Source of the DNA: Octopus vulgaris
Taxonomy: Eukaryota
Assembly: GCA_951406725.2 (NCBI GenBank)
Contig: OX597817.1
Location: forward strand, 80,910,001 to 80,974,000
Length of the DNA: 64,000 nucleotides
Direction: 5' to 3'
Part shown: piece after piece, positions 1 through 15,483 of the stretch
Layout: each line of letters begins with the position of its first letter
Position numbering within the stretch: position 1 is the stretch's first letter
The notes under the pieces: generated by a model
What the model saw: the letters and a program-made list of their open reading frames with translations, nothing else
Database searches by the model: none
What the model was told of the DNA's origin: nothing
Program-made: the position numbers and the translations under genes

Positions 1-99
1 ATGGAAAATAATTAATATGTGTAATAGATATATATATATATATTACACATTTAAAATAATGTTAAAATGTCTCTTTATCACGGGTCTATGTCTCATTAC

Positions 100-440
100 T
101 ATTTATCGATTCATATGTCTGTATATGTGTGCCATATGCAAATACTCCATTCCAGGAAACCCGAATGGTGATTCTTCGAAATTATTTTCAAATATTTACT
201 GTGCTGCTAATCAAATTGGCTTGAAAGGCATATCAAATTCCTTTGATCTTTTTTGGAAAATCCTAACGTTCTCAACGTGTATAAACATCTATTGTTACTC
301 AACATAACAAAAAAAACCTCTAAGTTCTCAATTAATGCACCACAGATGTTCGCTTTATCTACAAATATCGACGAAACAACCAACTTTCTAGTCAGTTTAC
401 CCACAAATTGCTTCCTATTTCTTAGACCGTCCGTTTAATA
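100..440 (-). pseudogene. Possible very degenerate Penelope-like RT remnant
   Basis: Minus-strand peptides across frames (KQFVGKLTRKLVVSSIFVDKANI, LSNN, KIKGI, GFLEWSICIW) loosely follow the order of PLE RT motifs (FL.KLP..LVSFDV.SLY.NI, LENN, QIKG, RFLDD.FIIW). Weak match. Confidence 0.2.
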
Positions 441-1458
441 ATATCAGGTCTTTTGTGATTGTTCCACCATGAAGCTAAGCAGCTGTGACCAGTTTGTCAG
501 ACTAACTCTCCACTGTTGATGTTTTTGCGTGAGCTACAGTCGTGGATCAAGTGTAGACTGAGGCAAAGTGCTTAGCACCCAAAGTATCTTCAGTTGCTCA
601 CAAGCTCTCAGTTAGTTAGGTAATGCTGTTCTCTAAAGGTTTAGTGGCAGGCATGAGTGGCTACATTCTCGGAGAGCTTCTGGGCGTTGACGAGTATCAG
701 CTGTCGGAGGATGTTGAAGCCGGGGCCATTGGATAACTTGCATAAATCTCTGGGAGTCATTTCCATGTCGTGATAAATTCTGCTGGCAAGGATAGAAATT
801 CCGTCAACCGGGCCTACTCAAAGTGTGCGTAGATCCACGAAACTCTTCTGCAAGCGCTCGTCCAGTGCTTGAACAGTGCCGACTTGTAGAATTATGTCGA
901 ACAACTGCTGTTGCATGTGACACGGATCTGACTAACAGCTGAGTTTATTATAAGCTCACCACTTGTCCTTCCTGTCCAAAGGACAGGTGGTGTTTATCTG
1001 TCTGATGAGCTTAGAAAGGAAGGTTCTGTGGTGGGCGAAACTTAAAAGGCTGAAGAAAGATGCCTTCATAATCTGGCCAAGCCCTCATCAATTTTTTTTC
1101 CAAGTTTTACTTGAAAAGTGAGGTAAAAGTGGAGAGAGGAAATACTGCTTTCCAGTAAATTTATTGAAAGGTGAGTGAATGGGGCAAGGAAGGCCCGAAT
1201 ACTTGCACTAAGAATACACCTGTAAATTTAGGGAAAATGATAGGAAGAGAGCACTTGGCCTAGTGGTCAAGGGATTCATGGATTTCTGGGATTTCCACGT
1301 GTAGCTCTCCGATATGTGATCCCTTCAAGGGAAGTTTTTCTTGCTTGAATTTTGATTTCTTTGCTCGTTTTTTTTTTGTTTCTTTTTATTTACTTTTTGA
1401 ATGTCTTCATATAGCCCCACAACTTATCATATTGTATTTGTATTCCTCGTTTTGCAAA

Positions 1459-1897
1459 CATATGTGCGCGGCATGGTGATCTCATATCAAGATAAACAGC
1501 ACATGACCTTGCAGGTGCAGCCCAGTTAGAATTTTCTTCAGATCGAGTAACCCATCCCGCTCAAAAGGTCCCTGAATAAGGGCTGTCCAAGGACGTTGAA
1601 CGAAACACCCATGTTTCCAGAGGTGAATTATTCAAACCCCAAAGAATCCCTCTCAACACATGGCTATGATGCTCCCCCACTACTTCTGCTCGTGATCAGA
1701 GATGCACATATCGTCAGCCACTAAGGGACACGCTCAACTGGTTAAGGTCAAACAACTGACAAGCAAATCTGTGGTATTGAGCAGAATATTTGCTGTAGCC
1801 CATCTTTTATACCAAGACAAAACAATGTACATGATAACACTTCCAATCAGTTAAGATCAGAAGCCATGAGAGTCACTGCCTGGTACTGCATCAGGGC

Positions 1898-1900
<3 letters not shown>
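1459..1900 (-). mobile_element. Non-coding interspersed repeat 'X' (putative Dong/R4-associated non-autonomous retroelement), copy 1, 3' end missing
   Basis: Highly similar to 27328-28057 (opposite strand) and 59432-59735. Abuts the (ATT)n tract at 1900. Confidence 0.75.
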
Positions 1901-2388
<488 letters not shown>

Positions 2389-2444
2389 TATTATTAATTC
2401 ACTGAACTTCAAATTCATCTGTGCCACATCTCAGCTCCATCTTG

Positions 2445-2830
2445 CAGCTTAAAGATGCAACACTTTTCCCAACACATGAGCCGTTTGAAGTATTGCTGCC
2501 AACTGAGTACTTCCTATGAAGTTTGATATTCGCAGCTTTTTATACCAGAATATATTGCCGGAATATTGCTCGACGGCCTCGAGGCTCTATGGATTTGTTT
2601 CACTTCTAATGATAAGTTTGGTACTTTTTGACTTTCTCTTCCTCTGTTTTTACAATATTCTGATCTATATCGATAGCTACGTCAATGAAGGTTCTTTCTT
2701 AGGAGAGTGATATATAATTGTTTATATTTCAGCTTTTTGTCTAGTATATCTCTTGTGAGTTTCACCTGATCATTCTCTACTACTGACAAAGGTTGGTATT
2801 CATACAACCTATTGGAACATTCTAGCCCAT
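2445..2830 (-). pseudogene. R4/Dong LINE C-terminal restriction-like endonuclease (RLE) remnant
   Basis: Minus strand translates to FIDVAIDIDQNIVKTEEEKVKKYQ (the IDVAIP.D.NI..KE.EK..KY RLE motif) and then QLAAILQTAHVLGKVL* (R4-type C-terminus, LGTAHILRKVL). Contains frameshifts. Confidence 0.7.
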
Positions 2831-2946
2831 ATTTCTTGCACAACCAGTGATCGATAAAATAAGTACCAGATGGACACTGGGATCGATCTAATCAACTACC
2901 CCACTTCTCCTTGTGCCAAAATTTTAAATCGTTATTGCTAGTATTG

Positions 2947-3570
2947 AAGGTGGCGAACTGACAGAATCATTAGTGCGCCGAGCTGGCAGAGCTGACAGAA
3001 ACGTTAGCACACCGAGCGAAATGCTACGTTCTGAGTTCAAATTCCGCTGAAGTATATTTTGCTTTTCATCCTTTCGGAGTCGATTACATAAGTACCAGTT
3101 ATGCACTGGGGTCGATATAATCGACTTAATCCGTTTGTCTGTCCTTGTTTGTCCTCTCTGTGTTTAGCCCCTTGTGAGTAGTAAAGAAATAGGTATTTCG
3201 TCTGCCGCTACGTTCTGAGTTCAAATTCCGCCGAGGTCAACTTTGCCTTTCATCCTTTCAGGGCCGATAAATTAAGTACCAGTTACGTACTGGTGTCGAT
3301 GTAATCGACTTAATCCCTTTGTCTGTCCTTGATTGCCCCGCTATGTTTAGCCCCTTGTGGGCAATAAAGAAATAAGAAACGTTAGCACGTCTGGCGAAAT
3401 GCTTAGCAGCATTTTTTCCGTCCCTTTATGTTCAAAGATCAAAGGTCACCTTAGCCTTTCATCCTTTCTAAGTCGGTAAATCAGAGCCAGTCTAGTATTG
3501 AAATCGATGTAATCAACTATCCCTTTCCTCCAAAACTTTCAGGCATTGTGGCTATAGCAGAAAGGATTAT
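2947..3570 (+). mobile_element. SINE family A nested/tandem multimer (about 3 units)
   Basis: Repeated blocks gttctgagttcaaattccgc..tttcatcctttc..agtaccagtt..gtcgatgtaatcgacttaatcc..tttagccccttgtg. Later units start internally, right after the gaaata tail. Confidence 0.9.
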
Positions 3571-3619
3571 CCTCATCCTCCTCCTCATCATCATCATCAT
3601 CATCATCACTATCATCATT

Positions 3620-3795
3620 TGTGAATAGTGGGTACACACTCGATCTAACGAGCTTCCAAACGACTTCCATCTACCTAGTTGCACTCACGAGGTGCGGCTC
3701 AAATATAGTAAAAAAAATAATTAACTAAGATTTACCCTTGTAGAATCGAACACGGAACCTTGAGTAAATTCATTAACCATTCGGCCATGCTGCCA
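3620..3795 (-). mobile_element. Old, degenerate tRNA-derived SINE (family B relative)
   Basis: Minus strand: ggcagcatggccgaatggttaa (A-box), gttcgattc (B-box), and gtagatggaagtc similar to the family B body. Confidence 0.5.
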
Positions 3796-4589
3796 AACCA
3801 GCTTCATCAGAAAAGTTTTCTGAGATTTGATCGTCGCCTTTGTGGCATCAAATCCATGCTATATACTATATTACGCTTATTAACGAACGGCGAGGTTTGA
3901 TAAGTTCAGACATTATTTACTACGACCTAGTAACACACTCCATGAACTACACACACACACACAAACACACACACAAACAAACAGACACACAAACAAACAG
4001 ACACATATAAACACACAGAGACACACTTACAAACACAGATACGTACAAAATAATTCTATGACCGTCGTCGTATTCACTTATTTTTCTATAAGTTTTTCAT
4101 ATAACATTGTATGTCTCTAGGTGTATGGAATGTAAACTTATTGAGAACTGGAATTTCTTCAGATATTTCATTTTATTATGTTTATGTTTTGCTTTTTGTT
4201 CTTTTTGTTTTGTTTCTTTTTTTTTTTCTTTTTCCTTATCAGTCTCCGTAGCAGAAATTGTATTGTACTAACCTAATGCCTAGCCTACATAGAGCTACAT
4301 AGACCTACATAGAGCCATCAAATACGTAGCTGGATGTTTTCTAATAAGTCTCGTGGGATTTCAAACTCCAAATTACAGCAGGTATTTGATCGTGTTGCAA
4401 GTTTTTGCATGAAACTGTAAAGGAGAAACCAGACCCGCCTTGCGGCATGTACAACCAATTCACATTTCGATATTCAATGACGTTTCAGAAATTTAACAAC
4501 GCGTTAAGTTTAATCACTCTCAACATCATGTACACTAGCGGCTGCTCGTAGCGACCAACTTCAAGATATACCAAACAGTGTGACGTACG

Positions 4590-5770
<1,181 letters not shown>

Positions 5771-5853
5771 TCTTGGTTTCATTTTACGAATTTCTCACCA
5801 CTGGAGAAAGACAATAATTCTAGCGTACAAATTAAGACACTTTTCATTGCAAC

Positions 5854-6070
5854 TTAACACATTAAGTCCCACTGTCCTATAAACAGGACACTAAATGAGA
5901 GCATTAAATAAGCTATATCACATTGTCTCAGTGTCCTGTTTATAGGACACCGAGTATTTCCATTTATAATGAGTTTTAATAATTATTTTTTTCATTTTAA
6001 CGTAAAATCATCTGTAAAAAATTAAAAGTAATTTTCAGAAATTTAAGTACTCTGAGACTTAATGGGTTAA
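5854..6070. mobile_element. piggyBac-type MITE with TTAA target-site duplication
   Basis: TTAA at 5854-5857 and 6067-6070. TIRs cacattaagtccca / tgagacttaatggg. Internal inverted repeat tgtcctataaacaggacact / agtgtcctgtttataggaca. Confidence 0.7.
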
Positions 6071-6544
6071 GCAAAATCAACAAGGTGACCTTGTATGTAT
6101 ACACAAACGCATACTTAGACAGATATGTGTGTGTACGTATGTGTATGTGTGTGCGTGTGTGCGTATGTGTGTGTGCTCGCGCCCGTTAAGTGCACATGCA
6201 CGGAAGATATATCTCAGAATATACAAAATTATCTACACATAAACATGGACACAAAGTGAATGTCATCTTCATGTGTCATGGATACATTTGCATATGCAAA
6301 CTTCATGAATGTTTTCTATATTTTGGCGGCACATGTCACAACTTGCAGCTGTAATCTTCTGATGAAATGTGTTCTTTACAGTTTTATGAAACGCAATTTC
6401 TAAGGTTTGATACAGAGGTAGTTAGTCACGTAGTGAAGAGCTCCACTAATCATCGATTAGAAATCTAAAACAATAGTCCGGAGTAACTGCATGTATGCGT
6501 GTACATATGTGTGTATATACGCATGAATGTGTGTAGATTTATTT

Positions 6545-6599
<55 letters not shown>

Positions 6600-6606
<7 letters not shown>

Positions 6607-6850
6607 GAAAAAAACCCACCTTTTATCAATTCAAAATGAACAATTAAATTACACCATCTAGAAAATTACATATAATAGAAAAATTGAAATTAAAATAACA
6701 ATAATATGGTGTAATTTAATTGTTCATTTTGAATTGATAAAAGGTGTTTTTTTCTCATTTTTTATATATATATTATATTGTGTGAAATTTGATTTAGTAT
6801 TTCTAAATTGAATTTTTTCCTTGTAAGTTAGGATTTTATTCCCTCAAATA
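6600..6850. mobile_element. AT-rich palindromic fragment in (TA)n, probable PLE terminal (pLTR) piece
   Basis: Perfect 41-bp inverted repeat at 6617-6657 / 6706-6746. Segment 6770-6850 is homologous (reverse) to 24314-24395. Confidence 0.5.
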
Positions 6851-6945
6851 ATAATTTTGGGTTGCAGTCATTTCACTCCATTCTACGATGTTTAATGACA
6901 TTCAGAAAAACACTTCTTTATTTAATTTATTTAAGGCTATCATCC

Positions 6946-6978
6946 TCATGAAGAAGAGCATTATTGCTCAAAATATTA
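6946..6978 (+). ncRNA. Degenerate minimal hammerhead ribozyme motif
   Basis: aTGAAGA-A-GAGCA-ttat-TGCTC-aAAA. Stem II is intact and the architecture matches 40219-40245, but C3 and G12 are mutated. Confidence 0.35.
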
Positions 6979-7423
6979 CAATTTACATATACATATACCG
7001 TACAAATATATTCAAAGATGCAAATGTTATTAAATGATTTTGATTTCTATCGTTGCAGACCATTACTAGTTCCCTTGGATTCCGTTTTTGTAAAATCTAT
7101 TTAATTACTTATTTATGCATTTATTCTGTTTATTGCGTGTCGTAGCTATCAAAAGACAGAGTGGTTCCAGTCTCGGATAGAATATAATGTCTTTTAGTAT
7201 TTGTCCTAGTGGTCCAAAATCTGGAATGGCTCGGTCTACTAGAAATAGCTGCCAAACCTCCCACCAGTCTCACTTTACTGACGTACATACAGGATGTTCA
7301 TCTTGAATAATGTAGTCTTAGATATCAATTTGATAGTTTCGATCCGAAAACTTTTAGTTATAGATCTGATGTGCGAGGGGAAACTAAGCAACAACAATAA
7401 CAACAATAGCAACCACCACCACC

Positions 7424-7460
<37 letters not shown>

Positions 7461-7467
7461 ATACTAC

Positions 7468-7533
<66 letters not shown>

Positions 7534-7922
7534 AGGGCAAAGACGCATTTTGTACTTCTATGATGTTGTAGTTCCTAGACAAATTGACAGAGTTGTCAGG
7601 GCTGGATTAAGATTGTCCTATAATCTTTTGATAGTGTAGTTATAGTTAAAACGCCGGTACAGTCATTACTTTTCATCATAAGTCTGTTGAATCAGAAATA
7701 ATCTAGAGGTACACAACAACAATAGCAACAATAACACTAGCCATAAAAATGATGAACTCAACACGGGTTGTGTCTAAAGAGAAAAAAAGTACATCGGAAT
7801 ATTTCCAAAGACGTTGTGTGACCTCATTATCGATTTCAGATCCGCATGTGGAACGTATGAACGTCACGCAATCTCATTTCATTCTTCTCTTCCCCATCCC
7901 CATTATCGTACCCCCCACTCTC

Positions 7923-7993
<71 letters not shown>

Positions 7994-8486
7994 ATCATTT
8001 CTATCATTCTCTCTCACTCTGTCTATTTTTCCAGAAAATTGAATGTAACATATTGTCGCTGATGATGTTGCTGTTGTTGTTCTTCTTCTTCTTCTCCTTC
8101 TTCTTCTTCTTCTTCTTCTTCTTCTTCTTCTTCTTCTTCTTCCTCTTCTGCTTCTTCTTTTTCTTTTTCTTTTTGTTGTTCTTATTGATGTCGTTATTTT
8201 GTAAGAAAGTAATAATTTTTTTTTTATTTTACTCAAAGAGTTGACGAATGGTTTCTCCGTCTTGTTTAAATTCTCTGGCCTTGTTGATGCATGATTAATC
8301 TCTGTGTAAAAGCCGTTCTCATTTACACACCGTCTCACGCATATGTTTACACACACACACATACACACACACACACACATATATATATATGTATATATAT
8401 ATATACATATTTATAAATGTATGTGTGTTTATGCATACATGTATACTATATATATACATATATATATATGAATATAAATATATATA

Positions 8487-8522
<36 letters not shown>

Positions 8523-8900
8523 TGTATGTATGTATGAATGTATATATATATATATAGGTACAATCATGGGTGTGTGTGATGCACACAGGCATCTGTATAC
8601 ATTTACAAATGTATACACTCACTAGCTCACAAAGGATACAAACCCAACACATGCACGTCTGCATATGCACACATTCATAATTCATATTCACGCACACACC
8701 CAAAGCACAAATACACACATAAATACACACGGACACAATACACAAGTTTTGCCACCATATTCAAAGGAAAGCAATTTTTATCATAGGAAACTTTATTACA
8801 TTTCTTATAATTTCTGCAGAATATTCCAATATATTTGAAATTTATTACTTTCAATGGTCTGCTCTCCTCAGTTAACTACACCTCCCTCTATCTATCTATA

Positions 8901-8971
<71 letters not shown>

Positions 8972-9082
8972 TTGTCGCTCTGTCCGTCTCGCTAACTGTA
9001 TGTCAGTCTATCTATCTGTATATGTATGTATGTATCTATTGGTCGATCTATCTCTGAGTTTGCCTGTCTGTCTGCCTCTCTA

Positions 9083-9117
<35 letters not shown>

Positions 9118-9284
9118 GTTACTCTTCGTTTTCTTCTCTTTCTGCCTTTCTTTGTCAGTCATCTGCCTTTATCCATTTATAAAATAGATTCATCGCTTTG
9201 ATTGTGTTTTCCTTTCAAATATTCACACACCGAAATATACATACATATGGAATACATACATGCATATGGAATACATACATATAC

Positions 9285-9380
<96 letters not shown>

Positions 9381-9859
9381 GATATATATGTGCATTTATA
9401 TATATATATATAACATATGTATACATTCATCCACACATATATACATACGAAAATGTACATGTATGAGAGAGTGTTTCCATGCATACATACATGCATATGT
9501 TCGTACATATGTGCATACATACATACGTTCATATATGTGAGACACTGGGTATGAACGTTATAAAGCTCATCTCGTGCATATCACTAAATTATATTTATAA
9601 ATATTTCAGCACAAAAATGGAGCAAGCTTCGTAAAGTACAAATAATAATCTCGGGCCAAATCTAACCAACAATCTGATTGCTCGTTTGTGAACATCATTC
9701 ATCTTCTCACATACGACACTGATGTCCTTAAGAAAAGCGTGAATACTGCAATTTCACATCGTTGCTCTGCCTCAGTCTCCAGAATGGTTTCTGTAGCCTT
9801 TGTTTAATTTTGAGGGGCAAAGGCTGCCAGCCTTGCACTCTTTTCTCATACGGGCTTCC

Positions 9860-10375
9860 GATCGGCTAAGGTAGTCTTCCAATGTTTGAGACCAACATAG
9901 TCGTTTTCTTCCATTCATCAAGGGTTCAAATTCGTCTATACGTATCTATTGTCATTCCCATGGCATTGTGTGCAAATGAAGCACGAAAGCTGATGGAGAG
10001 GATTTGCAATATGGCAAATGTTCTTCATTGTTGTTGCCTTAGAAATATGCAGAAGATCACTGGTACGACCACGTCACAAGCAATGGAATCACGAGAAGAG
10101 CTGGCTTAAGTAAACTGCAAGATACAATCACAGCTTGACGAAAGAAGCCGTCTGGTCTTATATCACGATTATCCTTGGAGCGACGGGCAAAGACAGCGGT
10201 CGAGTGGACAGTTAAAGGAAGGAGATGACCGAACGCTGAAGACATGGCAAAAGACTGTGTGAGTAGAGTAGACTTGACCGAGATGGGCGCCATATGGAAA
10301 GAAGTGTGCAATTTGGCTCAGAGTGGTAACACTTGGAAAACTCTCATCGCCCGATGCTCTTTGAACGAGCAAAGA
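9860..10375 (+). pseudogene. RTE-clade LINE 3' remnant (C-terminal end of the RT ORF)
   Basis: RVQIRLYVSIVIPMALCANEARKL..ICNMANVLHCCCLRNMQKI / WYDHVT..ITRRAGL / AKTAVEWT / TWKTLIARCS match the RTE C-terminus (KIRLY..VIP.LLY.SETW..FH.RCLR.I..I.W.D.VTN). Confidence 0.8.
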
Positions 10376-10486
10376 TAACATCCCATCATCACTAGGCTCC
10401 GGATGTTTTCGTGTCACTGTAAGAACTATGTACATACAATGGTTTGAGCAAAACGAAAACATGTTAATATTGTATTTTTCCTCAAG

Positions 10487-10562
10487 GTTACATTCTGAAA
10501 CATGGTGACTCGAGTGATGTTATCGTGTTATCCAACCATACGAAGGTGCCCGCACCAACGAG
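10487..10562 (+). CDS. Candidate isolated 76-nt host exon (phase 1-2; (G)YILKHGDSSDVIVLSNHTKVPAPT)
   Basis: Pyrimidine tract tgtatttttcctcaAG acceptor, AG|gtattt donor, an open frame, and balanced GC in an AT-rich context. No recognised homologue. Confidence 0.2.
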
Positions 10563-11175
10563 GTATTTTCTGCACAATCGTTCTCCCTACTACAAATAGC
10601 AACCAAATGTCTATTAAATCATACTCTGCCGTCATTAAACAATGGATAATTTATTATGAGATGTATGTAAACGAGTTTATAAGAGATTTTACTCTGATCT
10701 CAATATTCAGTCATCCTGCTAATAAATTCTTAATCTAACTTTAAAATATTTACCTCAGATTCAATGTTTTATATAATTATCTATTAAAAAGTATGTGGGT
10801 TAATTTATCGTTTAATTTTAAGTTGGGGATGACCGCATATTCATGTAATAAAAAGGTCGCAATAAAATATTCCGGATGGTTGGCCTTGTTCGCTCAACTT
10901 GCGAAAAACTTTAGCTACCTCTAATAATATTTTTCATAATTAACGTACTTAACCCTACTCTGATAATGTAAATATAGGAAATAATTAAGCCCACGATTTT
11001 GTAGTGTAATTTGACTATATGCAAAATTAACGAAGCTGAAAAGGCTTTGATTTTAAATAACCAGATATGAAGCTTAAGTTTTAGCGTATTTATCTGCTTC
11101 TAAAAGGAACTGACATAAAAGCAAAACATACCGATGTATATGTGTACGTATACATATATATACGCTCATAAACAT

Positions 11176-11255
<80 letters not shown>

Positions 11256-11379
11256 CATATATATGTATATATATACATATATATGTATATATATATATAC
11301 ATATATATTTTTATATATGTATGTAGGTATGTAGGTATAAATACACAAATATATGCATGTATACATTAATGTATGCATG

Positions 11380-11438
<59 letters not shown>

Positions 11439-11663
11439 GTATATACACGCACATGCACACATGCGTATATGTGTGCTCATAGCCGAAAGAATACTCATAT
11501 AATGTATATGACAAAAATATAAAATGTATATAGACAATAATTATATAAAGCTTCTCTCGTTATATATGTGTGTGTGTGCGCGTGTGTATGTATGTATGTA
11601 TGTATGTATGTATGTATGTATGTATGTATGTATGTATGTATGTATGTATGTATGTATATACGA

Positions 11664-11853
11664 AGGGGCGTGGCTCAGTGGTTAGAGCATTCGTCTCACG
11701 TAAGTTCAATTCCCGCTGAATCTCCCTGAGAAATACGTTAGGGGTACACGTGTCTGTAGATTGCTCAGTCACTCGCACGTTAATTTCATGAGCAGGCTGT
11801 TCCGTTGATCGTATCAGCTGGGACCCTCGTCGTCGTAACCAACGGAGTGCTCC

Positions 11854-11854
<1 letters not shown>
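11664..11854 (+). mobile_element. tRNA-derived SINE family D (internally deleted)
   Basis: ggcgtggctcagtggttagagc A-box and gttcaattccc B-box. 3' part shared with 31560-31660 (gcacgttaa..ttccgttgatcg..accctcgtcgtcgtaacc). Confidence 0.75.
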
Positions 11855-11919
<65 letters not shown>

Positions 11920-12096
11920 TACATATATGAGTATATATATATATATTCATACATATATGAGTATTCGTACATATATGTATGTGTAGAGGGAGGGAGAGGG
12001 AAAGAGAGGGGATGAGTAAGAGAGGATGGCTGAGAAAGAGATAAGGTGTGAGAGATTCAAAAACTTATATGTACAGACATACACACACACACACAG

Positions 12097-12130
<34 letters not shown>

Positions 12131-12431
12131 TGATTTGTAGATATGTACATACATGTAATGCACACACACATTTAGCTATATAATTTTCTATCTTTTCTTC
12201 GTGTTCATTTTGCTATTCGTGCTAACATTTATACATTACCTTGTATAATGTAGCAACATATCTACCCATCTATATCAACCTATCTTCAGCAATTTATTTA
12301 CCCACGCAACCTTTAATACACATGCGTGTATACATACAGACAGACATTCATACATATATACATGAGTGTATATATACTAACCATAAATAGTGTCGAAAAA
12401 TACATGTACATACGTGCACATATATATATGC

Positions 12432-12523
<92 letters not shown>

Positions 12524-12563
12524 GCATATATATATACGCATGTGTGCATGTGCGTGTATATAC

Positions 12564-12602
<39 letters not shown>

Positions 12603-12695
12603 CATGCATACATTAATGTATACATGTATACATTAATGAGTATTCTTTCGGCTATGAGTACACATATACGCATGTGTGCATGTGCGTGTATATAC

Positions 12696-12734
<39 letters not shown>

Positions 12735-12779
12735 CATGCATACATTAATGTATACATGCATACATTAATGTATACATGT

Positions 12780-12821
<42 letters not shown>

Positions 12822-12844
12822 GCATATATATATGTGCACGTATG

Positions 12845-12895
<51 letters not shown>

Positions 12896-14458
12896 GCACT
12901 CATTATGTAAAATGTTTTTGTGAATATTTTGTTTGCGTGACCGTCTGTTTCGTTGCAGCATATATATGGGCGTGTGGAAAATTTTATGCATGCATATACA
13001 CACAGGTCCATTAATATATATCTCAAAATCTATCAATCCATACGTTCATTTTCCATTAGACATATCTCTGCATTGTTTTGTTTTTCTCTTTTATTATTTG
13101 CGTGTGTTTGTGTGTGTGTGTGTGTGTGTGTCTGTGCGTTATGCCCTCTTATCTATATCTTCTCTGATATAGATTATCCCCCTTTCGTTTCCTCTTTCTC
13201 TTTCTCATACTTTCGCTTTCTCTATCCACATAAGAGTACTATCTTTCACTATCGCTATCTTATACCCTTAACATTACAACACTTAAACGCTGACACACAC
13301 ACGTATATATGCATACATATATATATACATACATATACACACACACATATATATATAAAAGTATAAATATATATATATATATATATATACACATGCATAC
13401 ATATATATATATATAAGCATATATATATATATACATGTATGTAAATGTATGTGTATATACATATATATGTGTGTGTGCGCGTTTATGTCTATACATATAT
13501 ATATATACATAAATATATATACATATGCGTGTGCACAATATGTAGTCAAATACATATTTACACACTCACATACATACACACACATGCACACATACACAGA
13601 TATATATGTATATATACACATACAGATAATTACATGTATATATATACATATATATTCACACATTTATATATATAATTATATATATAGGCATGTATATATA
13701 TATATACGCATATATATATATATAGATACATATATATATTCATGAACATATGTGCAAATACCTATACGTATATCCATACACACAGATATATATATATGCA
13801 TATCTATATGTATATAAACACACACACTTACACACACATACACACATATAGAAACACACGTGCACACACGTAACCACAGCACACATATGCGACGCGCACA
13901 CACATTTTCACTCACATGCACACTCAGAGAGAAGCTCGTATTTTGCTTTTTACCTTCACCCTCTTCTTTCCGCTTTCTCTTCTTCCTCCTGCCTCTCCTT
14001 AACCAAAAAACTAAAAGTTCTATCATCGTATTGCATGGCAGCACGACAAGACAAACCCAGCATTCTCTCTAAAAATAACGGTAAATTATTTACGCGTTGC
14101 TATCGTTCATATTGATTACGTATTGAATTCACACATCGGCTTACAGATGTAGGGGGGAGGGCTCTTATGGGGTTATTTGTCTGTTTGTTTTGTTTTGTTT
14201 TCGTGGGTCTTTTTTTACTGTTTTTGATTAGGCATTGGAAGGGGAGGTTCTTTTTTTTTTTCCTTTCCTTATTCATTTCGGAAACTATCTCCAGGAACAC
14301 TTCATAACACTTGAGCCTCGTTTTACGATATAGGAAGAAGACGAAGAAGAAGAAGAAGAAGAAGAAGAAGAAGAAGAAGAAGGAGGAGGAGGAGGAGGAG
14401 GAGAAGGAGAAGAAGAAGAAGAAGAAGAAGAAGAAGAAGAAGACGACGACGATGGGGG

Positions 14459-14492
<34 letters not shown>

Positions 14493-14735
14493 GAGGACAA
14501 CGACGGTGGTGGCGGTGGCGGCGACTGCGACAACGATGATGACAATGGGAGGTGGAGGAGGAGGGCTAGAGGAGGTGGAAAAGGGAGGGGGGACGAGGAG
14601 GGAGGAGGAGGAGGGAAGAAGAAGAGGAAATGTGCAAATTTCAGTATTAAGAAGTGCAAAATTAAGAAGATATTGAGAAAATATTGAAAAATATGTAGAA
14701 GAGAAGGCAAGAGGAGAGAAGATGGAAGAAGAGGA

Positions 14736-14818
<83 letters not shown>

Positions 14819-14857
14819 GAAGAAAGAAAGAAAGAAGAAAAGAAAGAAAGACGAAAA

Positions 14858-14893
<36 letters not shown>

Positions 14894-15192
14894 CAGAAAG
14901 AACGATTTAAGCAACAGCAACAACAAAGATATTGCTAAGAAGTAGACTCCCAAAAGTGCGTTAAATTCCGTTGAAATAATTTGTTTATTGTTTAACATTT
15001 TTTGTTGAGACATTTTATGAGGACCCCTATTTCACTGGGTGAAAAGGGGCACTGCCAAATTATGCTCCGAAGGACATAATTTTCATATTTACTAGCTACT
15101 GGTTGGTCGCTTTGTCTCTTTTGGAACTATATCAGTCATAACACCCAGATTCAATGACTAAGTAGCGAAAATAATTCCTCTTACTACTATAA

Positions 15193-15483
15193 GCATGTGG
15201 AGGCACATGGCTTAGTGGTTAGAGGGATCGCGGGTTCGAATCTCAGACCGGGCGATGTGTGTGTGTTTATGAGCGAAACACCGAAGCCCCACACCGCTCC
15301 GGCAGAAGGTAATGGCGAACTTCTGCTGATTCTTTCACAACAACTTTCTCTCACTCTTTCTTCCTGCATCTTGCAGCTCACCCGCGACGGACAGGCGTCC
15401 TGTTTAGGTGGGGAACCTATACGCCAAGAAAACCGGGAAAGCAGCCGTATGAGCCAGGCGTGGCTCGAAAAGGAACAAACAAC
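15193..15483 (+). mobile_element. tRNA-derived SINE family C
   Basis: tggcttagtggttag A-box and ggttcgaatc B-box. Body similar to 32025-32238 (reverse). Tail gaaaccgggaaa..tatgagccagg..aacaaacaac. Confidence 0.8.

Noticed and set aside
3783-3812. Minus-strand CUGAUGA-A-GCUG..CAGC hammerhead-like start
   Set aside because: No GAAA follows, and the second stem strand is the head of the adjacent SINE.
6359-6417. ctgatga..tgaaac hammerhead-like spacing, or a 36-nt micro-exon (FYETQFLRFDTE)
   Set aside because: Stem II cannot pair, and the exon has a weak donor and no support.
11664-11715. tRNA genes at SINE heads (also 15193 and 31350)
   Set aside because: A/B boxes are present but there is no full cloverleaf, and each continues into a SINE body.
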